Source: a virus
Virus record (IMG/VR): IMGVR_UViG_3300033145_001136
Span: 38,948 to 102,947 of that record
Strand: one strand, 5' to 3'
DNA length: 64,000 nucleotides
Part shown: positions 59,680 to 64,000 of the stretch, piece after piece
Layout: each line of letters opens with the position of its first letter
Numbering within the stretch: position 1 is the stretch's first letter
Notes under the pieces: model-generated
Seen by the model: only the letters and a program-made list of their open reading frames with translations
Told to the model about the DNA's origin: nothing
Databases searched by the model: none
Position numbers and translations under genes: made by a program

Positions 59680-59793
59680 AGATAATCTTCTTTCCAATCT
59701 ATGACATATTCAAGTGGGATAGTAAATGTCTTACCATCCATTGTTGGTATATCAATAGTCTGCTCTGGAAGATACCCGACAGCGTATCGTAAT

Positions 59794-60021
59794 TCATCCA
59801 TTTCTTCCCACGTCATAGGAGGCGGGATAGAAAGTATAATCCTGTTCATCTCCCTCCCCTTCTCCCTCATCATATTCCTCCGGGACTATGACCATTGGGC
59901 CACCAGTGATCTCTCCTGTAACAGGATTAATCGGCACTACTACTATTGGTTGAACAGCATCCTCAGTAACTTCGGGTTCGACTGGCACATCTTCTTGTTT
60001 TTCTTCGTCAGGTGTAACCAT
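59794..60021 (-). CDS. Small acidic protein
   Basis: 75 aa, GGAGG RBS. Confidence 0.5.
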   Translation of the reverse strand: MVTPDEEKQEDVPVEPEVTEDAVQPIVVVPINPVTGEITGGPMVIVPEEYDEGEGEGDEQDYTFYPASYDVGRNG

Positions 60022-60023
60022 TA

Positions 60024-60191
60024 TTATCCTCCAAGAGTTTTATGACCCGGACGCCCAGGGCCATATCCGTATAACCATTTACAATCACACACACAACATG
60101 CCTCTATAAGTACCCCACGACTATTTGTATAAATCGTAACGCCCTCGGGGTGTTTACATTTTGGTTTTCTTTTGATGTTACCATATTTCAT
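60024..60191 (-). CDS. Small Cys-containing protein (55 aa)
   Basis: MKYGNIKRKPKCKHPE...CCVCDCKW; GGAG RBS; below ORF-track cutoff. Confidence 0.45.
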   Translation of the reverse strand: MKYGNIKRKPKCKHPEGVTIYTNSRGVLIEACCVCDCKWLYGYGPGRPGHKTLGG

Positions 60192-60287
60192 GTTGTTTCT
60201 CCAAACGAATAGGGTGGTGGATTGGCTATCGGGTACGTGAAGCTTGCCAACGTCATGGGTTGACTATCCACCACCCCGTAGTTTAGT

Positions 60288-60491
60288 TTATTCGATTTCG
60301 TCTACCTTCTTGTTGACATTCAATCCCAAAATAACCCCTGGCACGCCGGGAATTTTCTGCGACCCGCCAGTAGATGCTATTTTGTGTGTTTTTCCAGATT
60401 TACTGAATCCAAACTTCTTACTCATATCAACTGTGATCGTCAAAACATCCTTATCTACTTCGATGTGTACATTTTCACCCATATCAGGCAT
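60288..60491 (-). CDS. Small conserved-looking beta protein
   Basis: LTITVDMSK.FG.SKSGKT..IASTGG. Confidence 0.7.
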   Translation of the reverse strand: MPDMGENVHIEVDKDVLTITVDMSKKFGFSKSGKTHKIASTGGSQKIPGVPGVILGLNVNKKVDEIE

Positions 60492-60786
60492 CGTGCTCTC
60501 CTTGTTTTAGTTGATCAATTAAATTGTACGTTTCACGCCACGACCAATCCATAGACAATCGTGCAACTATCCACATACCTGGGCCAATTGCACACCAGCT
60601 TATTAACCCGTACAGCGATACCTCCCACTCTCCTATTATTGCCGCCCAGATTGTTACAATACACCCAAGAATCAATGTAAGCATCCCCATTATTCCTAAT
60701 ATCATAGCCCAAAATCTAACAGAACTCATTAGCCATAGTTGAATGGTTGTTAATTTTCGTTCGAATTTATGCATCGTCTTCTCCAC
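60484..60786 (-). CDS. Membrane protein (two TM helices)
   Basis: Two long hydrophobic segments. Confidence 0.6.
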   Translation of the reverse strand: MEKTMHKFERKLTTIQLWLMSSVRFWAMILGIMGMLTLILGCIVTIWAAIIGEWEVSLYGLISWCAIGPGMWIVARLSMDWSWRETYNLIDQLKQGEHDA

Positions 60787-61000
60787 GAAGGTCGATTACT
60801 TCATCATAGATCATGGCAACCACTATGTCCGTGCTTTTTGATAATTCAGATGCTTTTAGTACATTTTCGGTAGCCCCTCTAGAGGTCGGGCTATTAGTAC
60901 TTAGCATAATCTTTGCTCGCTCTGACACTTCTTCATAAGTGTGGTCTGGCATCTCGTGAACACTAAAACTATGGTCACTTAGTAGAAGCACTCTTTTCAT
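60767..61000 (-). CDS. Hypothetical protein
   Basis: 77 aa, GGAGG RBS. Confidence 0.55.
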   Translation of the reverse strand: MKRVLLLSDHSFSVHEMPDHTYEEVSERAKIMLSTNSPTSRGATENVLKASELSKSTDIVVAMIYDEVIDLRGEDDA

Positions 61001-61229
61001 GTTTATCCTCCGTTATCCATGAGATCCATTGATCATTAACACCGATATTACCATGTATATCGGGTGATGACATTAATTTTCCACGATCTTCCATGTGTAC
61101 GCTAAAATCCCCCTTGCAATCTAATTTAACACGTAATTGCCCAGAATCAAGTTGTAAAAGAATCATACACTCCTGCGCGGATTCAATAGTGTGTTTTTCT
61201 AAATCCGTAATCACTATACATTCGATCAT
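60975..61229 (-). CDS. Hypothetical protein
   Basis: 84 aa minus-strand ORF. Confidence 0.5.
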   Translation of the reverse strand: MIECIVITDLEKHTIESAQECMILLQLDSGQLRVKLDCKGDFSVHMEDRGKLMSSPDIHGNIGVNDQWISWITEDKHEKSASTK

Positions 61230-61346
61230 TGACCTACCCTACATTAATCCCATATGGCTAATTTATCAAAATAGTATCCACTCCACGTAAAGCCATTATT
61301 GGCACGGGGAAAGCCGACGAAAAACTTATAATATAATCGTTGTTGA

Positions 61347-61721
61347 TCATTCATCTTCCTTTATTATTTTTTCAAACGTGTCCCATATCTTTTTAGGTAT
61401 CTTATGTCCAAGTTTCGCATGCATTTTTAAATGAATCCAGGCCCCTTTTACATCGTCACCCACACAAACGTGATCATTTTTGGTCTTGCCAGCACCAGCA
61501 TCTCTGCATTTAATACACCAAAATGTATGATCGGAATTTATTCTGAAGCATATGTCTGAATATCGTCCGAATCCACACAACAATCCCATAGCCTGCGCAC
61601 GAATTCGAAATTCAAGATCCTTCGTTGTTCGACGTCTAGTAGAATGTATTGGAACCGTCCGTACGTTATGGTCTATCCCCGTCCAACTACCTTTTTGAGG
61701 GTGGCGTATCTTATTATTCAT
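61347..61721 (-). CDS. Hypothetical protein with CxxC...H...H site
   Basis: WCIKC...HLKMHAKLGH. Confidence 0.55.
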   Translation of the reverse strand: MNNKIRHPQKGSWTGIDHNVRTVPIHSTRRRTTKDLEFRIRAQAMGLLCGFGRYSDICFRINSDHTFWCIKCRDAGAGKTKNDHVCVGDDVKGAWIHLKMHAKLGHKIPKKIWDTFEKIIKEDE

Positions 61722-62064
61722 CGCGCATTAATAAATATTGAATCGAGTCAAGTGTAATTTCGGGTAATCCGATTATCAAGCGTTTAGTTGATGCCGCATA
61801 TGCTATTTCATATGCAGAGATTCTGGCCATTAGTTGATTGGTTTGATCCATAATGGCCGAATTTAATTTACGCGCTACGAGTTGACGAGCATCTTGTAGA
61901 GCAAGCAATTCTTTCTCAGCCTGTTTTACTAATGAATACGCTTCTTCAAGCTTGTCTCGTAAGATTGTCTCGTCTGGGCTTAAATTATTTACCATGAATG
62001 CTACATCGTCCGCCTCATGCGCTTCTTTATCTAGCGCAATCGCTTTTTCTTCCCAGTTAATCAT
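61714..62064 (-). CDS. Hypothetical coiled-coil protein
   Basis: 116 aa, GAGGAG RBS. Confidence 0.6.
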   Translation of the reverse strand: MINWEEKAIALDKEAHEADDVAFMVNNLSPDETILRDKLEEAYSLVKQAEKELLALQDARQLVARKLNSAIMDQTNQLMARISAYEIAYAASTKRLIIGLPEITLDSIQYLLMRDE

Positions 62065-62558
62065 TATCGTTTCTCCTCGACGTATATCATCGTACCTAGT
62101 GCAATGGCCAAATCGGTAGCTATCCTAGCCTTTTCTTTTGGTCCCACATTATCATCCTGTAGGGCTTCTAAGATGTCTTTGTCAGCTAGTTCTGTGGCCT
62201 CCTCCATAGTTAATCGCAAATCTTCGCAGTCGGCAAACAAGCCATTCATGCAAAGCATGCCTTTGTCATCTACGTACACATCATGGTGTGCCCAAGTAAT
62301 TTTGAACCACATTACAGCCTGTGCGTATAGTGCAACTATCATATTACTCTTCTCCATTTCTGCGATTTGTCGTTTCTTGAGATAAAGATAATCTTCGACT
62401 TCTTCTCGGGTCACCAGATAGCTTTTAGCAGTGTCTTCAAGCATCCCTTCAAGCATCTTGACCACTGCCTTTTCGTCTTCCAGCTTTCCTGGTACTTCGC
62501 CTCTGCCATGTTGGAATGGAGACATCATGCTTCCTCCTTTGTCCTTTCGGCCAGCCAC
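62064..62558 (-). CDS. Hypothetical protein
   Basis: Likely start MMSPFQ after AGGAGG. Confidence 0.6.
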   Translation of the reverse strand: MAGRKDKGGSMMSPFQHGRGEVPGKLEDEKAVVKMLEGMLEDTAKSYLVTREEVEDYLYLKKRQIAEMEKSNMIVALYAQAVMWFKITWAHHDVYVDDKGMLCMNGLFADCEDLRLTMEEATELADKDILEALQDDNVGPKEKARIATDLAIALGTMIYVEEKR

Positions 62559-62818
62559 TCTGACAGCCTTCGTCCATCCGCTTTGGTTATTAGGATGCTA
62601 TGAAGCCAATGATCCTTTTTACGAAGCATTCTCCATGCTTGCGTAAATCGTTCCCTGAATGGTGCATCGTCACGTAGTGTTACAAACCACTCGAGCCAGA
62701 ATTGAGGATGCTTGTTATCGCGCTCATATTCAAAGTAGGTGATAAGTGCGAGTTCGCATTGCGCCGCGCATGAACATCCGATTATGCACTGGTCGCGCCC
62801 ATCGTGAGTGTCTGACAC
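62525..62818 (-). CDS. Hypothetical protein
   Basis: 97 aa, AGGAG RBS. Confidence 0.55.
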   Translation of the reverse strand: MSDTHDGRDQCIIGCSCAAQCELALITYFEYERDNKHPQFWLEWFVTLRDDAPFRERFTQAWRMLRKKDHWLHSILITKADGRRLSEWLAERTKEEA

Positions 62819-62819
62819 T

Positions 62820-63287
62820 TTATTCTCCTAGTTTATGTTTTCTTTGATATTCACTCCATAAATCGTTTATCCTACACCACGATTCTGTACAAGCTATGTC
62901 ATCATGACCCCTTCCGGGTACCATTTCGCATTCAGCCCGCATTAAATCCATAGTCTCTTCGGCGTCTTTAAGCGTATTTTTAAGGTCTTTGTTCTCTTGC
63001 CTAATCTCATCAAGTCTCTCCATGCCGAGTTCCGATGCTTCTCGGATATAATCCTCTCCATTAGGGCATTCGGCAATATATCCGAGTATTTGCAAATAGT
63101 TTTGCTCTTGCATTTCGGCAATGCGCTCAATCTGCCTGCAGTGCTGACAAGTGATCGGACCTCGCTCAGGCATGAATCCGTCATCAAGTTTTATACCAAG
63201 CTCAATCTTACCTACTACGGGCGGACTTGGCGGTGGATCAGGTCGTTGCGTATTTTCTGGTCGATGTCTTGGTGCGTTAGTAGTCAT
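62820..63287 (-). CDS. Hypothetical protein
   Basis: 155 aa, GAGGAG RBS. Confidence 0.6.
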   Translation of the reverse strand: MTTNAPRHRPENTQRPDPPPSPPVVGKIELGIKLDDGFMPERGPITCQHCRQIERIAEMQEQNYLQILGYIAECPNGEDYIREASELGMERLDEIRQENKDLKNTLKDAEETMDLMRAECEMVPGRGHDDIACTESWCRINDLWSEYQRKHKLGE

Positions 63288-63400
63288 TTATTACTCCTCT
63301 CTTATTACATTTTCGGCCCAACACCACAACCAATGTGGAACATAGTGGTGTACTGCGTAAATGAGTAACCACCACTTAAATCGTTTCATTGTTATCTCTC

Positions 63401-63667
63401 CTAGAAATGTTCTGATTTTGCGAGTTCCATCTCATTACGAATCCCCTCACACACGGTCCGGATTCTTTCAAGCCCAGCCGCAAATGATGCTGACCGTGGA
63501 GCACTTGTCAGGTGCCCATGCACATTATCTATCACAGTAAACACCTCTTCAAGAATAGCCATTTGGTCTTCGGGTTTGATGTTGCCCCATTCATTGAAAG
63601 CCCACTCAAGTACATCATCTATGTCCATGTGTTCATCGTCGTTTAGATGGTCCATCATATTCTTCAC
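63401..63667 (-). CDS. Hypothetical protein
   Basis: Acidic helical ORF. Confidence 0.55.
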   Translation of the reverse strand: MKNMMDHLNDDEHMDIDDVLEWAFNEWGNIKPEDQMAILEEVFTVIDNVHGHLTSAPRSASFAAGLERIRTVCEGIRNEMELAKSEHF

Positions 63668-63869
63668 CTAATCCTTCCACCTTTATGGCGTGTTCTGCGA
63701 ACTCCTTAACTTCTGTCGCTAGCTTTGCAGTTTGCCCAAGCCAATAATTTTGATTTTGTCTGGACGAGTTGTGATAATCAGCAAGTTTATCACCCAATGC
63801 CCTAATAGCGTGTGTTAACTCGAACAGTTTCGCTATCTGTAGTACTGTTAGTCGGTTTTTATTCATCAA
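63633..63869 (-). CDS. Hypothetical protein
   Basis: 78 aa minus-strand ORF. Confidence 0.5.
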   Translation of the reverse strand: MMNKNRLTVLQIAKLFELTHAIRALGDKLADYHNSSRQNQNYWLGQTAKLATEVKEFAEHAIKVEGLGEEYDGPSKRR

Positions 63870-64000
63870 TATGCCCTTTTATACATCATGTCCATTAGTT
63901 GCGATGCATCATCGGAATGTCCCTGTATGATCATCTCATTGAAAACACATAGCGCTACGTATGCACACTTAAGTGGGTCAGCTACTCGAGCTATCCGATC

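Noticed and set aside
1-64000. Stop-codon reassignment
   Set aside because: Long conserved genes are intact in the standard code, and TAA, TAG and TGA all end genes at expected positions

Overview
This 64 kb window is from a large tailed-phage (or phage-like) genome. Essentially every credible gene lies on the minus strand, tightly packed, with Shine-Dalgarno sites and overlapping stop/start codons; the plus-strand ORFs are shadows. In transcription order (right to left) there is an accessory region of small ORFs (about 64,000-37,700) with an ATP-dependent ligase, a MoxR-AAA/VWA-peptidase pair, an SLT transglycosylase, a sigma-like protein, a lone GroES, a lone HicB and five paralogous zinc fingers. 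The replication and nucleotide-metabolism region follows: nitroreductase, PurB, a PurZ/PurZ0-type synthetase, SSB-like protein, RecA, a resolvase-like nuclease, an ~800 bp structured non-coding region, SF2 helicase, two GT2 proteins, DnaG-DnaB fusion, adenosine deaminase, adenylate kinase, NDT/N-hydrolase, dUTPase, class II RNR with two inteins, family-4 UDG, DnaE, an Mre11-Rad50 fusion and a GT9. The strongest candidate for a new system is a self-contained 2-aminoadenine (Z) or purine-remodelling pathway: PurZ0-like plus phage PurB plus a deaminase/kinase/N-hydrolase cluster, paired with DnaE, with no DatZ, MazZ or DpoZ recognisable in this window. Also notable are an apparent ncRNA operon, the zinc-finger family around the sigma-like gene, and short linker repeats shared between mosaic accessory genes. 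All calls come from motif reading; no searches were run.
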